The position numbers and the translations under genes were made by a program. From NCBI GenBank assembly GCA_963696385.1, contig CAVOKF010000007.1, forward strand, positions 960,001 to 1,024,000: a stretch of DNA of 64,000 bases. The letters are read 5' to 3'. The notes beneath the pieces were generated by a model that was not told where the DNA came from, ran no database searches, and saw only the letters and a program-made list of their open reading frames with translations. Position 1 is the first letter of the stretch. Every line of letters begins with the position of its first letter. This document shows positions 12,984-23,637 of this stretch, piece by piece. This stretch comes from an uncultured delta proteobacterium (GTDB lineage Bacteria; Myxococcota_A; Polyangia; Polyangiales; Polyangiaceae).

Positions 12984-15623
12984 TCAAGGGGTGGCACGCG
13001 TCGAGGGAGTCGCCTGCGCGACTGCAGTCGCGGAGTCGAAGCGGAACGCGCGAGGGCGCAGAGGTACGCTTACCGCGTAAAGCACCGACTCGTCGTATCG
13101 CGCCCGAGGTGGGTCGATCGTGCCCGCGCGGTCGAGCCTGGCCGTGAAGCGCTGCCCCCGGTCGAGCGACACGGCGCGCGTACACCCGGCGGCCGCGAGC
13201 GCATCGGCGAGAGGCGCGGAGCTCGCAAACGTGCCGCGCGCAACGACGACGCGACCCGACGGCGTGATCCCGATGGCCGCTCGGGCGACTACGGCGCCCA
13301 GGGAGTCCGTCACGCGCTGGCCGTCCCAGAGCGCGATCGGCAACTCGGCTAGGTCGTCGTGAGCTCCGAGCTCCGGCGCTCGATCGGCGCGTTCGATGAC
13401 GAGACGTCCGCTCTCGTCGACGATCAGCAGCCCCCATTCCGGTCCGTCCACGACGGCAACGGCAAGGCGACCGCCGGTCGCCAATCCGAGCGGCCGTCGC
13501 TCGGGAGCAACCCCGAGCCCGAGGGAAAGGAGAACGTGGTTCGCCTCCACGCCCGAGATCTCTCGAAGCGGAGAAGCCAGGACCGCTTCCTTTGCGCCGG
13601 CGCGGATGCGCCACGTGGCGCGCCCGGCTTCGACGTCCAGGACGTCGACGGCCCCCTGTGCGCCGATCCTGCGCGTCGCCCAGAGTCCGGGCAACCATCG
13701 AGGCGGGGGCTGATCGCCTCCGTCGGGGGCCCAAGCCGCTGCGCCTTCGAGCGCCGGCGGCGCAGGCTCGTGGGTCAGGACGTAGAAGAAATCTTTGGGC
13801 GCATATTGGATGTATCGATCGTTCGGGATCGACATCGCACTCGTCAGAACCGTCGACTTGTATTTCTTGGCTCCGAGGTCGTCGATGGCCGCGAACAGAA
13901 ACCCCGTGTGGTAGGGGTTCATATCGAGGTGCATGGCGTAGTCGCAGCCCGCCATGGACATGGCTTTGGCGAGAGTCGTCGCGCTGAGGTCGTCTCCCCA
14001 CGCGTAGACGAGGTGGCCGCTGGTCGTCACGCACAAGGCGGTCCGTTCCGTTTGAACGCCCTTGCCAGGCAACGTAAAGCCCCAGAGGTTGCGGCCCGTT
14101 GGATTGACTTGCCCCCGGTCGACGAGAGGGTCGAGGTTCTGACGAAACGACGCAATGTCTTCGTCCGCCACGCCCACGATGCCGCCCACCTTGCGCTCCG
14201 CGCCCCAGCTCCCGAAGCCGACGCGGCCATCGTCGAGCACGACGACGCTCGCAGCTCCCGGAACCGGCGGCAACAGAACGCGCTTGTGCACCATCATTCC
14301 GTAGTGTCCGTGCTCGGTCTTGAACGCGCCGTTGAAGGCTGCGGCGACGCGCCGGTAGACGGCCGGATCCCTCGGGATGCGGCCGGCGCCCGGAGGGCCC
14401 GTCAGGGGCTCGGGATCTTCGACGCCCGCCTCCATGTCGAGATCGAGCTGGCGCATGTCCATGGCGACGAGCAGGACTTTCGCGTAGGGTCTGTCGACGT
14501 CCGGCCGGACGAATGTCTGGTAAAAGGCAGAGGGCGCGTCCGCAGACGCGCCCGGCACGCGCCGTAGCCACGAGGGCTCGGGTACGGTCCATTCCCCCTC
14601 GCCCTTCTCCGACGATTGCCAGAGGGTCGGGATGGGCGCCGGCGGCCAATGCGCCTCTTCGATCGAGGCTTGTGACGTGTCGAGTACCGGCGGTGGCGGC
14701 TCCTCTCGAGCGACGACGTCGGTCACGGCGCCATCCGAAGAGAACGTGAGCCTCCGATACCCGTCCCGCAGCCACAGCGCTTGATCCTCGATCCACGCGA
14801 TGGGAGCGGGACCGATCCAGCTGACGGCGCGGAGCGTGTCGACGGTCCAATGCGAAAAGCGCTTCGGCAGATGCATGACCGGATCGACGTGCATGCACGC
14901 GCCCGAAGTGAGCTCACCGGAAGGCAGGTCGACCCGCGCCACGCTGGGGATCGGCGCGCGCCGCACGTCGCCGCCGAAAAGGGTGATCTCCAGCGCGCTC
15001 TCTCCGAGCCGCAGGGCCACAGCACGTCCGGGCGAGTCGAACGTCACGTCGACACGACCCACCCCGGCGGTGGCGCCGGTGCGCTGCCAATTGGTGATCG
15101 CCGCCATCGATCGGTCCATGATCCCGGTGGTCTTGTTCTCGGCTCCTTCACCGTTCAAATCCAACACGGTGACGCTTTGCTCCTGCCCGTACGCACGCGT
15201 CGCAAAGGCCGCCCATGGGCCGCGCGCCACGAGCGCGTGGTCGTCACCGAGCGGGGTGTTGGTCAGGTTGCGCGCGCCCGCGATGTCGATCGCAAAGCCG
15301 TTCGGGCCCACCCGAACGCGCGTCCTCCAAACGTCGTGCGCATCCTCGCCTGCAATTCGAGCAAGGAAAAGGGCCCGACGCCCGAGCAGCAGATCGACCA
15401 CCCATCCACGCGACGGTTCCCATCGGATGTCTGCGGGGGAGACGATCATGCCTCCCGCCGATTGACCCAACGCGGCCGCGAGCGCGCCCAGATCGTGGCC
15501 GGGGACTTGGCCGTGAGCGGCGCACGTACCGGCTGCCGCGACGGCCGAAGCGACGCCGACAGCGCTATGGCGCCACAGCCACGACCCACGCACGCGAAAG
15601 AACTGCGAGATTCGACGGGGCAC
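12984..15623 (-). CDS. Large exported protein with phosphodiester glycosidase (NAGPA-like) domain(s)
   Basis: [23 protein letters not shown] and AMHLDMN, plus a second [14 protein letters not shown]...AVSLDRG repeat. Hydrophobic N-terminus; GTG start after a GGAG-poor region, so the start is uncertain. Confidence 0.65.
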   Translation of the reverse strand: MPRRISQFFRVRGSWLWRHSAVGVASAVAAAGTCAAHGQVPGHDLGALAAALGQSAGGMIVSPADIRWEPSRGWVVDLLLGRRALFLARIAGEDAHDVWRTRVRVGPNGFAIDIAGARNLTNTPLGDDHALVARGPWAAFATRAYGQEQSVTVLDLNGEGAENKTTGIMDRSMAAITNWQRTGATAGVGRVDVTFDSPGRAVALRLGESALEITLFGGDVRRAPIPSVARVDLPSGELTSGACMHVDPVMHLPKRFSHWTVDTLRAVSWIGPAPIAWIEDQALWLRDGYRRLTFSSDGAVTDVVAREEPPPPVLDTSQASIEEAHWPPAPIPTLWQSSEKGEGEWTVPEPSWLRRVPGASADAPSAFYQTFVRPDVDRPYAKVLLVAMDMRQLDLDMEAGVEDPEPLTGPPGAGRIPRDPAVYRRVAAAFNGAFKTEHGHYGMMVHKRVLLPPVPGAASVVVLDDGRVGFGSWGAERKVGGIVGVADEDIASFRQNLDPLVDRGQVNPTGRNLWGFTLPGKGVQTERTALCVTTSGHLVYAWGDDLSATTLAKAMSMAGCDYAMHLDMNPYHTGFLFAAIDDLGAKKYKSTVLTSAMSIPNDRYIQYAPKDFFYVLTHEPAPPALEGAAAWAPDGGDQPPPRWLPGLWATRRIGAQGAVDVLDVEAGRATWRIRAGAKEAVLASPLREISGVEANHVLLSLGLGVAPERRPLGLATGGRLAVAVVDGPEWGLLIVDESGRLVIERADRAPELGAHDDLAELPIALWDGQRVTDSLGAVVARAAIGITPSGRVVVARGTFASSAPLADALAAAGCTRAVSLDRGQRFTARLDRAGTIDPPRARYDESVLYAVSVPLRPRAFRFDSATAVAQATPSTRATP

Positions 15624-15724
15624 GAAAAAGGAGAAGCATCCACTCGACGCGCGGTCAAGACGGACGCGTGCGGGGCCCGTGTGCTAGGTCCTCGGCGCGA
15701 GCTTCGTCGCTCCTCGACCTCCGA

Positions 15725-16471
15725 ATGAACACCTCTTCCGTGCAGAGTGCGCTGGTCGTGGCGACCGACGTCAAGAAATCCTTCCGCCACATGGGCAGAA
15801 CGCTCGAGGTCCTCCGCGGGGTCGACCTCGAGATTCGCGACGGCGAAATGATGGGCATCGTAGGCCCTTCCGGCGCGGGCAAATCGACGCTCTTGCATTG
15901 CATCGGCACGCTGGATGCTCCCACGGCCGGGTCCATTCGTGTCGCCGGTGAGGAAGTGACGATGCTGGGTGGCTCGCGGCTCGCCGACCTGCGCAATAGG
16001 ACGATCGGCTTCGTGTTCCAGTTTCATCACCTGCTCCCTGAGTTCAACGCCCTCGAGAACGTCATGATGCCGGGGCTGGTCCAGGGAAGGGCGAAGCGCG
16101 ATCTCGAGCCGCGGGCCAGCGCCCTGCTCGAGGAAGTCGGCCTTCGCGAGCGAACTCGCCACCGTCCGGGTGAGCTCTCCGGGGGCGAACAGCAGCGGGT
16201 CGCTCTCGCGCGAGCGCTCATGCTCGAACCGAAACTGCTCCTCGCCGACGAACCAACGGGCAACCTCGACTCGGCCACGAGTCTGCAGATTCACGAGCTC
16301 TTCTTCTCGATCAACGCGCAGCGCGGAACGACCATTGTCGTCGTCACGCACAATGCGGCCCTCGCCGCGAGCATGCCTCGCGTCGTGACCTTGCGCGACG
16401 GTCGAGTGGAGTCCGACGAACGGCGAAGCCCAAGTCGGTCGGGTTCGCTCATCGAGCGAAGCGCGATCTGA
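15725..16471 (+). CDS. lolD: Lipoprotein-releasing ABC transporter ATP-binding protein LolD-like
   Basis: [57 protein letters not shown]. Confidence 0.85.
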   Translation: MNTSSVQSALVVATDVKKSFRHMGRTLEVLRGVDLEIRDGEMMGIVGPSGAGKSTLLHCIGTLDAPTAGSIRVAGEEVTMLGGSRLADLRNRTIGFVFQFHHLLPEFNALENVMMPGLVQGRAKRDLEPRASALLEEVGLRERTRHRPGELSGGEQQRVALARALMLEPKLLLADEPTGNLDSATSLQIHELFFSINAQRGTTIVVVTHNAALAASMPRVVTLRDGRVESDERRSPSRSGSLIERSAI

Positions 16472-16525
16472 CCGCCACGCGAGCCTCGTTTTGCCAAGTA
16501 GGCCTTGCGAGGAAAGAATCCGCTT

Positions 16526-16600
16526 TCACCCCAGCGAACCACGACGCTCGGTGGGGTGACTTAAGACTTCACCAGCGAACGACGACGCTCGGTGGAGTGA
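16526..16600. repeat. Tandem duplication of cdaR 3' end; outer copy forms a hairpin
   Basis: 16531-16559 vs 16572-16600 match at 27/29 nt. TCACCCCA...TGGGGTGA inverted repeat at 16526-16533/16552-16559. Confidence 0.85.
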
Positions 16601-17492
16601 TTTGGACGTCACACTGGTCGATCGTCAGTTGAACGGGCAACGCAGCGGACCCATGATCGGGCGCGTTCTCGACTTGCACGCGAGGCACGATCTCCTCGGG
16701 CCGCAAGGCGCGAACGATCTCCGGCGGGCATACGAGTCGAACGTCGACCAGCGGTGGCAGGGCTTTCGCGCCCGAGCGACCGACCAGAGCGACGGCAACC
16801 CGGGCGAACGGCCGCTCGAGGACCTCCCGAGCAACCTCGACGTTGGCCGAGATGCTGGGAATTTCGTACGAGACACGCCCGGGAGGCCGGTCGAGAGCGA
16901 GCCGTCGCGCGTATTTTCCGGCGGTCAAGCCCGTCACGTCGAACGCGTCCGAGCGCACACGCTGCAGCACCATGACCTCGCTCATCGGTCCGCGCGTGCG
17001 CACGACGGACGGATCGGCCGAAGGCGGCCCTTTGACGACGAACCCAGCCGCAGGCGTTCCGATGATCCCGACTTCGACAGGCACGTCTCGAACGATCCGA
17101 TCTTCCCATCTCAGATCGATTGCGGGCGGGTCGATTTGCTCGATCTTCAAACCTGGCGGCACCGGAATCATCGACGGGTCGAAGGTGAGACGGGCTTCTT
17201 TGCCGCCCCGCAGATCGACTTGCACGCTCAGATCGTCGGCGTGCACGTCGTCGAGCGCGGACCGAGGACCGCGCACAGTGACGCGAATCTGCGCGGGTAT
17301 CGGCGTCACGAGCTCGCGGTTGGCGGAATCGGGAGGAGTCAGCGCTACGACGCTCAACAGCAAGGATCGCTGTGCGTCCTGAGAACCGTGAACGCCCGAA
17401 TAGAAAAGCAGTGCGAACGCGAGCGACAGAAGTTTGAGGTTGAGATTCTCGGTCACGATCGAGCGGAGCCTGTATCCGAGGTCGAGAGCCAT
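16569..17492 (-). CDS. cdaR: CdaR/YbbR-like diadenylate cyclase regulator
   Basis: ENLNLKLLSLAFALLFY N-terminal anchor and YbbR-like repeats (VTVRGPRS, VRTRGPMS); lies directly downstream of cdaA. Confidence 0.85.
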   Translation of the reverse strand: MALDLGYRLRSIVTENLNLKLLSLAFALLFYSGVHGSQDAQRSLLLSVVALTPPDSANRELVTPIPAQIRVTVRGPRSALDDVHADDLSVQVDLRGGKEARLTFDPSMIPVPPGLKIEQIDPPAIDLRWEDRIVRDVPVEVGIIGTPAAGFVVKGPPSADPSVVRTRGPMSEVMVLQRVRSDAFDVTGLTAGKYARRLALDRPPGRVSYEIPSISANVEVAREVLERPFARVAVALVGRSGAKALPPLVDVRLVCPPEIVRALRPEEIVPRVQVENAPDHGSAALPVQLTIDQCDVQITPPSVVVRW

Positions 17493-17569
17493 CGATCAGT
17501 CCTCGCGCGGTCGCGTGCGCGGATCCGCGACAGGCACCGCCATGGGGGTCTCGATGGGTTTGGCGGCGC

Positions 17570-18616
17570 TCATGGGACGCGCGTTGTGCTTGGACGAAGG
17601 CTCCTTCTCGAGCGTCGAAGCGTCGCCCCGACTGGAAGCAGGAGCGGCGACGACCACGCTGCGCGCAGTCTCCGTCCCGGACGAGCCCGATGGGGGGGGA
17701 CGTCGGAAATGCGGGCCGGTCGCCCTTCCGTGGGTCCCGCGGAAAGCGCGCTCACGACGCGGAAGCTACCGGTCCCGGTCTGCGTGACGCTTCCCGAACG
17801 CTTCTGCCCGGGCTTGGCTCGCTTGCGAGCTCTCTGGCCAAACAGCCCGAGCAACGCCTGACGCAGCGACGCGCCGTCGAGATTGGTCACGATATTGCCG
17901 TTGAAGCAAAAGCTGATGCTCCCTCGCTCCTCGCTGACCACCACGACGACCGCATCGGTCTCCTCAGTGATTCCGAGCGCCGCTCGATGCCGAGAGCCCA
18001 GCGATTTGTCCAAAACTTTCGTGTCCGGCATGGGAAAGAACACGCCGGCCTTGGCGATGCGCAAGTTGCGAATGACGACCGCGCCGTCGTGAAGCTTATT
18101 GAGACTCTCGGGGAGGAACAGACTCACGAGAAGCTCGCGCTGCACGGACGCGTCGATGATCGTGCCCTGTCCGACCACGAACTCGTCGAGGTTCGCGTCC
18201 TGCTCGAATGCGATGAGGGCTCCGATGCGATGCCGGCCCAGCTCGGTCGCGGCAGAGACGACTTCGTCGATCACCTTCGATTCTTGCTGGCGAGAAAGGC
18301 CGCTGAGAAACGCTCGCGCGCCGACGCGCAGCAAGCCGCGCCGAATGTCGTTCTGGAAGAGAACGACGATGATGAGCACGATCGGCGACAGGAGCGCGCT
18401 GAGCAGAGTGAACAGCGTGATGAACCCGGCCCACTTCGACAGATAATTGAACAGGAACAGGACGGCGAGCCCGAGGCCCATCTGCATGGCTCGGGTACCC
18501 CGCAGAACGAGCAGGGCGCGATAGGCCACGTAGGCGACGAGCAAGATGTCCGCGACGTCGGTCAGCGCCCCCGTGAGTGAGCGCCGGGCAAACAGATGGA
18601 GGAACCCGTCGAGCAC
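17570..18616 (-). CDS. cdaA: Diadenylate cyclase CdaA/DacA (tail probably frameshifted at a G8 run; intact end would be 17496)
   Basis: Three TM helices, then DisA_N motifs LHDGAVVI and LGSRHRAALGITEETDA. Confidence 0.94.
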   Translation of the reverse strand: MLDGFLHLFARRSLTGALTDVADILLVAYVAYRALLVLRGTRAMQMGLGLAVLFLFNYLSKWAGFITLFTLLSALLSPIVLIIVVLFQNDIRRGLLRVGARAFLSGLSRQQESKVIDEVVSAATELGRHRIGALIAFEQDANLDEFVVGQGTIIDASVQRELLVSLFLPESLNKLHDGAVVIRNLRIAKAGVFFPMPDTKVLDKSLGSRHRAALGITEETDAVVVVVSEERGSISFCFNGNIVTNLDGASLRQALLGLFGQRARKRAKPGQKRSGSVTQTGTGSFRVVSALSAGPTEGRPARISDVPPHRARPGRRLRAAWSSPLLLPVGATLRRSRRSLRPSTTRVP

Positions 18617-18619
18617 GGC

Positions 18620-19477
18620 TTACCCTCCCCTCAGCAGGGCCGTCAGGTCAATCGCCTGGCGGGTGGGGCGCACGTCGTGAACGCGGACGATGCGTGCGCC
18701 CGCGCGAGCGGCGTGGAGAGCGGCTGCGATCGACGCACCCAACCGGTCCGTCGGCGCGGAGGATTCGACGGCCATCAAGAACGACTTGCGACTCGCTCCG
18801 ATGGCCACGGGGGCGCCGACGGTTTGGACTACGTCGGCGATACGGGTCAAAAGTTCCAGGCTTTGCCGCGCGCTCTTTGCGAAGCCCAGCCCGGGATCCA
18901 TGACGATCGCCTCCGACCGAACACCGACCGAACGTGCGCGAGCCGCCGCCGCCGCCCACTCCGCACACACTTCCGCTACGACGTCCCGGTAACCGCCTTC
19001 GGGATAGCGACTGAACCCCGGCATCTGCTCGGGGGTGCCGCGCGTGTGCATCAAGACGATCGCCGCCCCGGCCGACGCGACCACCTCGCCGAGCGCCGGG
19101 TCGCGAAGGCAGGACACATCGTTCACGGCGCACGCGCCGACCTCCAGGCAGGCGGCGGCGACGGCCGCACTGGTCGTGTCGATCGACACGCAGGCGCCTC
19201 GGGACGCCGCGTGGCGCACGACATCGAGGACGCGGTGGATCTGTTGGTCCGCAGGTACGGAGACGGCCCCGGGACGCGTCGACTCCCCCCCAACGTCCAC
19301 GATGTCGGCTCCCTCCCCCAGAATCTCGTCGACACGAGCCCGCGCGGCGTCGAGCGCCAGATAACGACCGCCGTCGCTGAACGAATCGGGGGTCACGTTG
19401 CAGATACCCATCAGGGCGACGCCGCGCACAGAGCGCGCGCGATCGAGCATCCGCTGGAACGCCTCGAATCGATACAC
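18620..19477 (-). CDS. folP: Dihydropteroate synthase
   Basis: MGICNVTPDSFSDGG, DVGGESTRPGA, DPGLGFAK, GASRKSF, RVHDV. Confidence 0.97.
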   Translation of the reverse strand: MYRFEAFQRMLDRARSVRGVALMGICNVTPDSFSDGGRYLALDAARARVDEILGEGADIVDVGGESTRPGAVSVPADQQIHRVLDVVRHAASRGACVSIDTTSAAVAAACLEVGACAVNDVSCLRDPALGEVVASAGAAIVLMHTRGTPEQMPGFSRYPEGGYRDVVAEVCAEWAAAAARARSVGVRSEAIVMDPGLGFAKSARQSLELLTRIADVVQTVGAPVAIGASRKSFLMAVESSAPTDRLGASIAAALHAARAGARIVRVHDVRPTRQAIDLTALLRGG

Positions 19478-19717
19478 CTCGCGCGCTTGCTCCTGGCGTC
19501 TCGGGCGACCGCCCTACCCTCTCTTGGCTAGCAACCGGCGCCCACCGCGGCAACGTCGAATCGTGCCTACGCGATCGAAAAGCGAAAAGCCCAAGGTCGC
19601 ATCGTGCCAGGCCCGACGGATGCTGGGCTATCCTGGGGGATATCCTGCCCCCCGGACGCCCGCGCCTCGCTTGCACCTCGGGGCCCTCGGCGGGAGGCGA
19701 CGCGTGGAACGCGAGCG

Positions 19718-21433
19718 ATGCGGCAAGAATCGTTTATCCGAAGCCTCTTCTGTGGCGCCATCGACGAGAGCCTGATTTTCCCTTGGCCCGAGGTGCCGGC
19801 CGCCGATGTGAAAACCGTGCATGGTCTCCTCGAAGGCGTTCGCCGATTCCTGGAGCAAACGGTCGATGCGAGCGAGATCGACCGTCTTGGCCGAATTCCC
19901 GATCCCGTGCTCCAGGGCCTTCGCCAGCTCGGGTGCTTCGGAATGCTGATTCCATCGTCGTATGGGGGCCTTGGGCTATCGAGCAGCGCTTACGCACGCG
20001 TTCTGCAGGACATCGCCGCGGCCGATTCGAGCATCGCCGTTACGGTCGCGGCGCACCAAGCCCTGGGGGCGAAGTCCTTGTTGCTGTTCGGCAGCGAAAC
20101 GCAGAAAGCTCTCTATCTGCCCCGGCTCGCCACCGGCGAAATCGTCGCGGCGTTCGCGTTGACGGAGACGGCGGCGGGCAGCGACGCAGCGGCGCTCCAG
20201 ACCCGTGCCGAGCGACAGCCCGATGGAAGCTATCGGATCACGGGCACCAAGATCTGGGTCACCAACGGCGAAATCGGAGATCTCTTTACCGTCTTCGCGC
20301 GTACGTCGCCGCCGGATGAAGGGGTCAAGCCCAAGCTCACGGCATTCCTGGTCGAGCGCGGACCCGGCGTCACGACGGGCCCGAACACCCCCAAGCTCGG
20401 AATTCGCGGGGCATCGACGACCGACATGTCGTTCGATGGCGTACGGGTGGCACCCGAAGGCGTCCTCGGTGAGGCCGGACGCGGCTACAAGGTCGCGATG
20501 GAGGTCCTGGCGAACGCCCGACTCGGGCTTTCGAGCCGCTGCGTCGGGCTCTGCAAGCGCGTCATCAAGTTGTCGGTGGACCGGTGTCAGGAGCGCCGTG
20601 CCTTCGGACGACCCATCGGGGAGTTTGGGCTCATCAAAGACAAGATCGCCGCGATGGTGGCCGATACCTGGGCCCTCGAGAGCGTAACGTACCTGACCAC
20701 CGGAATCGTCGACGCAGGAGTCGAAGACTTCGCAGTCGAGAGCGCGATCTGCAAGGTGCTCGGCAGCGAGACGTGCTGGCGCGTCGTCCACGAGGCGCTC
20801 CAGATCGCCGCGGGCATGGGGTACATGGTCGGCCGTCCTTACGAGCGACTGCTGAGGGACGCTCAGGTCAACCTCATCTTCGAGGGGACCAACGAGATTC
20901 TCCGAGCGTTCATTGCGCTGAGCGGGATGCAGGCGCCCGCCAAGGAGATTGCCGAGGTCGCGCGCGCCATGCGAGAACCAATCAAGGGATTCGGCTTGCT
21001 CGGCGAGTTCGCCATCCGAAAGGCTCGCGGAGCGCTCGGCCGCCCACGGCTGACCCGACATGACCCGGCATTGTGCCGGGAGGCGGCGGTCTTCGAGGCG
21101 TACGTGCACGAGCTCTCGCGCGGCGTCGACAAGGTCCTACGCAAGCACGGACGCGATATCGCCGAGATGCAGTACACCCAGAAGCGAACGGCGGACATGG
21201 CGATCGATCTCTACGCGATTGCCGCCTGCATCTCCCGGACGACGCGCGCGATCCAACGGCGCGGTCACGAAGGGGCCCGCCGCGAGCTCGACTTGACGAG
21301 CATCTTCGTATCGACGGCGGAAAGGCGGCTCGCCCAAACCGTCGAGGCCATCGACAAGAACGATGACGAGCTCCGCAAGGCCGTGGCGAGCAAGACCTAC
21401 GTCGACGGTCGCTATCCGTTCGACGTCGTTTGA
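19718..21433 (+). CDS. Acyl-CoA dehydrogenase, VLCAD/ACAD9-like with C-terminal extension
   Basis: AFALTETAAGSDA, GTKIWVTNG, KLGIRGAST, FGRPIGEF, IFEGTNEILR. Confidence 0.93.
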   Translation: MRQESFIRSLFCGAIDESLIFPWPEVPAADVKTVHGLLEGVRRFLEQTVDASEIDRLGRIPDPVLQGLRQLGCFGMLIPSSYGGLGLSSSAYARVLQDIAAADSSIAVTVAAHQALGAKSLLLFGSETQKALYLPRLATGEIVAAFALTETAAGSDAAALQTRAERQPDGSYRITGTKIWVTNGEIGDLFTVFARTSPPDEGVKPKLTAFLVERGPGVTTGPNTPKLGIRGASTTDMSFDGVRVAPEGVLGEAGRGYKVAMEVLANARLGLSSRCVGLCKRVIKLSVDRCQERRAFGRPIGEFGLIKDKIAAMVADTWALESVTYLTTGIVDAGVEDFAVESAICKVLGSETCWRVVHEALQIAAGMGYMVGRPYERLLRDAQVNLIFEGTNEILRAFIALSGMQAPAKEIAEVARAMREPIKGFGLLGEFAIRKARGALGRPRLTRHDPALCREAAVFEAYVHELSRGVDKVLRKHGRDIAEMQYTQKRTADMAIDLYAIAACISRTTRAIQRRGHEGARRELDLTSIFVSTAERRLAQTVEAIDKNDDELRKAVASKTYVDGRYPFDVV

Positions 21434-22590
21434 GGCGAGGCGGGGGAAAAAATCGGCGTTTCCGCCCACCGCTCGCCGCTGCCGCGGTCGATCTCGAGTG
21501 GTCGATGCACCCGCTCCGCTGCCGCCGCGTTGCGACGCACGCGCGCGACGGCGCGCTCGATCGACGGCGAGTCGCGATCATGGGCCGAAACCGGAAGAAC
21601 ACCCGCAGCGGTCCGGCGCACGAGCGAAGTGGAAAGGAGCGGGTACGTTGCACCCTCCGGAATCTCCAACGCGGGCGAATGCGCGACGGGCACGAATCCC
21701 TCATCGTCGCGGAGGCCGACGGCCACGCGAGCGACACCGCCGCCCGGCACATCCGGGATGAAGAAGTCGCCGGATGTCGCCTTCACGTCGTAGTCGCGCA
21801 CCGCCGATCGCGGCCCGTCCCACGTTGGAGTGATGACGATCGCCCGGAGCGACACCACCCCTGCGGGTTTTTCCGCACGTAGGGATTCGAACGAACGCTC
21901 GCGCACCTGCCAGTAGACATAGAGCGTGGTCGCGGCCACGGGAATGGCCACGCATTCGTCCACATCGGAGCGCGCCGACCAAGCCGCATCGTCCAACGCG
22001 ACCGTCGGCTCAGAAGCAACCCGATCGGCGGTCCGGGCATCGTCATCCGCTTGGGGCAGTGGCGTCGCGGCGGCTGGTTCGCCCCGGAGCGCCTCGTCGT
22101 CCTCCGGTGGGAGCGGCGGTGCCGGCATCGGATAGGCGGCATCGCGCAACCGTGCGACGAGCGCACGCGCCGGCGCGTGGTCGGGCTCTCGCGCCAGAAC
22201 GCGCTCCAGGGTCTCCACGGCGCGCTGACGATGGCCCTGCGCAGCGTAGATTTCCGCAAGCGTGACCGTGGGAAGAGCGGCGGGAGCGCTGGGGCGAGCG
22301 ACGGGCAGCGAAATCATGGATATCGATCGAATCCGGTCCGCTGCGTCGGGCAGGTGCAGCCCTCGCTCGACCACGCGCGCGAGCAGGTCGCGCGCTCGCC
22401 CGAAAAGGCCACGCGATCGCTCTTTTTCGGCTTGATTCGCGGCACTGCGCAACAGCAGCTCGTCGACGAGCTCGGGACGGGTCAGGATGCGCGCGCGGGC
22501 CACGCCTACACCTTCCGCCCTCGCGATGAGAGCGTCCCGGTCGAGGCGTTCCAGGTCCGCGCGGTCCATGGGATGGGGTATTTGCGGCAC
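21412..22590 (-). CDS. DUF4912-like domain protein with TPR-like segment
   Basis: TVTLAEIYAAQGH TPR-like motif and AIPVAATTLYVYWQV DUF4912-like motif. Confidence 0.6.
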   Translation of the reverse strand: MPQIPHPMDRADLERLDRDALIARAEGVGVARARILTRPELVDELLLRSAANQAEKERSRGLFGRARDLLARVVERGLHLPDAADRIRSISMISLPVARPSAPAALPTVTLAEIYAAQGHRQRAVETLERVLAREPDHAPARALVARLRDAAYPMPAPPLPPEDDEALRGEPAAATPLPQADDDARTADRVASEPTVALDDAAWSARSDVDECVAIPVAATTLYVYWQVRERSFESLRAEKPAGVVSLRAIVITPTWDGPRSAVRDYDVKATSGDFFIPDVPGGGVARVAVGLRDDEGFVPVAHSPALEIPEGATYPLLSTSLVRRTAAGVLPVSAHDRDSPSIERAVARVRRNAAAAERVHRPLEIDRGSGERWAETPIFSPASPQTTSNG

Positions 22591-22615
22591 CGCGCGCGCG
22601 GACGCAAGAGATCCC

Positions 22616-23593
22616 TCAGTCGCGGACCGGCTTGAGTAGAGCGGCTCGCGCGCCCGCGACGTCGCTTTCGATCGCAGCCCTCAGCTCTTGCAGGGAGTCG
22701 AACTTCTTTTCGGGACGCAATCGTGAGACGAAGTGCAGGCGGATGCGCGATCCGTAGAGGTCGCCTTTGAAGTCGAGCAGGTACGTTTCGACCGTTCGCC
22801 ACCCGGGCCGCAGCCCGTCGACGATCGTTGGACGGACTCCGATGCTCGTGACACCCTGAGCAAGCGGACGCGTCCCGGTCGCCCGCAGCAGCTCGACCCT
22901 GACCGCATAAATCCCGTTTGCAGGCGTCGCTTCCGCGATCTGGTCGAGATTCGCCGTCGGAAAGCCAAGCGACCGACCGCGCGCATCTCCATGGACGACG
23001 ACGCCTTCGATCGAATGCGGCCGGCCGAGGACGCCGGCCGCCTCCTCGACATTTCCGACCGCAATGGCGTCTCGCGCCCGGGTGCTCGAGTAAGCGCCGA
23101 CGTCGTCGCGAGCCACGGCATGCACCCGCGCCTCGAAGCCACACTCTGCGCCGAGCGCTCGCAAGAGCCGGAGGTCGCCGGCGCGCTTGGCTCCAAAGCG
23201 GAAATTTTCGCCCACGACGACGCGACGCGACAGGAGTGCGCCCACGACGAGATCCCGCACGAAACGCTCGGGCTCCCAAGCGGCGAAGCCCGCGTCGAAG
23301 TGGCGCACGTACACACGATCGACGCCGAGCGCTCCGATGAGCTCCGCGCGGTGCTCGAGAGAGGTCAGCAGCGGCGGCGCGTCGCCTCCGATGACTTGGG
23401 CGGGGTGAGGGTCGAACGTCAGGGCGCACGCGCAGAGGCCCGCGGCCCGCGCTTCGGTAACGGCCTCTTGCAGCACCGCCTGATGCCCACGGTGCACGCC
23501 GTCGAAATTGCCGATGACCAGGACGCACGGTGCCGCGGCGAGGCTCGCGGCAGGCGTCGCGTCGTCGACGAGGACCAGTGGGGCCGCGGCCAT
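22616..23593 (-). CDS. ribF: Bifunctional riboflavin kinase/FAD synthetase
   Basis: IGNFDGVHRGH, TFDPHP, GRSLGFPTANL, IGVRPT, ETYLLDF. Confidence 0.97.
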   Translation of the reverse strand: MAAAPLVLVDDATPAASLAAAPCVLVIGNFDGVHRGHQAVLQEAVTEARAAGLCACALTFDPHPAQVIGGDAPPLLTSLEHRAELIGALGVDRVYVRHFDAGFAAWEPERFVRDLVVGALLSRRVVVGENFRFGAKRAGDLRLLRALGAECGFEARVHAVARDDVGAYSSTRARDAIAVGNVEEAAGVLGRPHSIEGVVVHGDARGRSLGFPTANLDQIAEATPANGIYAVRVELLRATGTRPLAQGVTSIGVRPTIVDGLRPGWRTVETYLLDFKGDLYGSRIRLHFVSRLRPEKKFDSLQELRAAIESDVAGARAALLKPVRD

Positions 23594-23637
23594 CGCGGGC
23601 GCAGGCTTAGCACGTGCGCCGGTTCAGGGCCGGACGC

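Noticed and set aside
12901..14898. Long Arg-rich alternative-frame ORFs here and elsewhere (e.g. 10187..11767, 47210..48664, 47691..49370)
   Set aside because: Off-frame or antisense products overlapping well-supported genes.
16531..16600. Possible DGR template/variable repeat pair
   Set aside because: Only 29 nt, differences are not adenine-specific, and there is no reverse transcriptase in the window.
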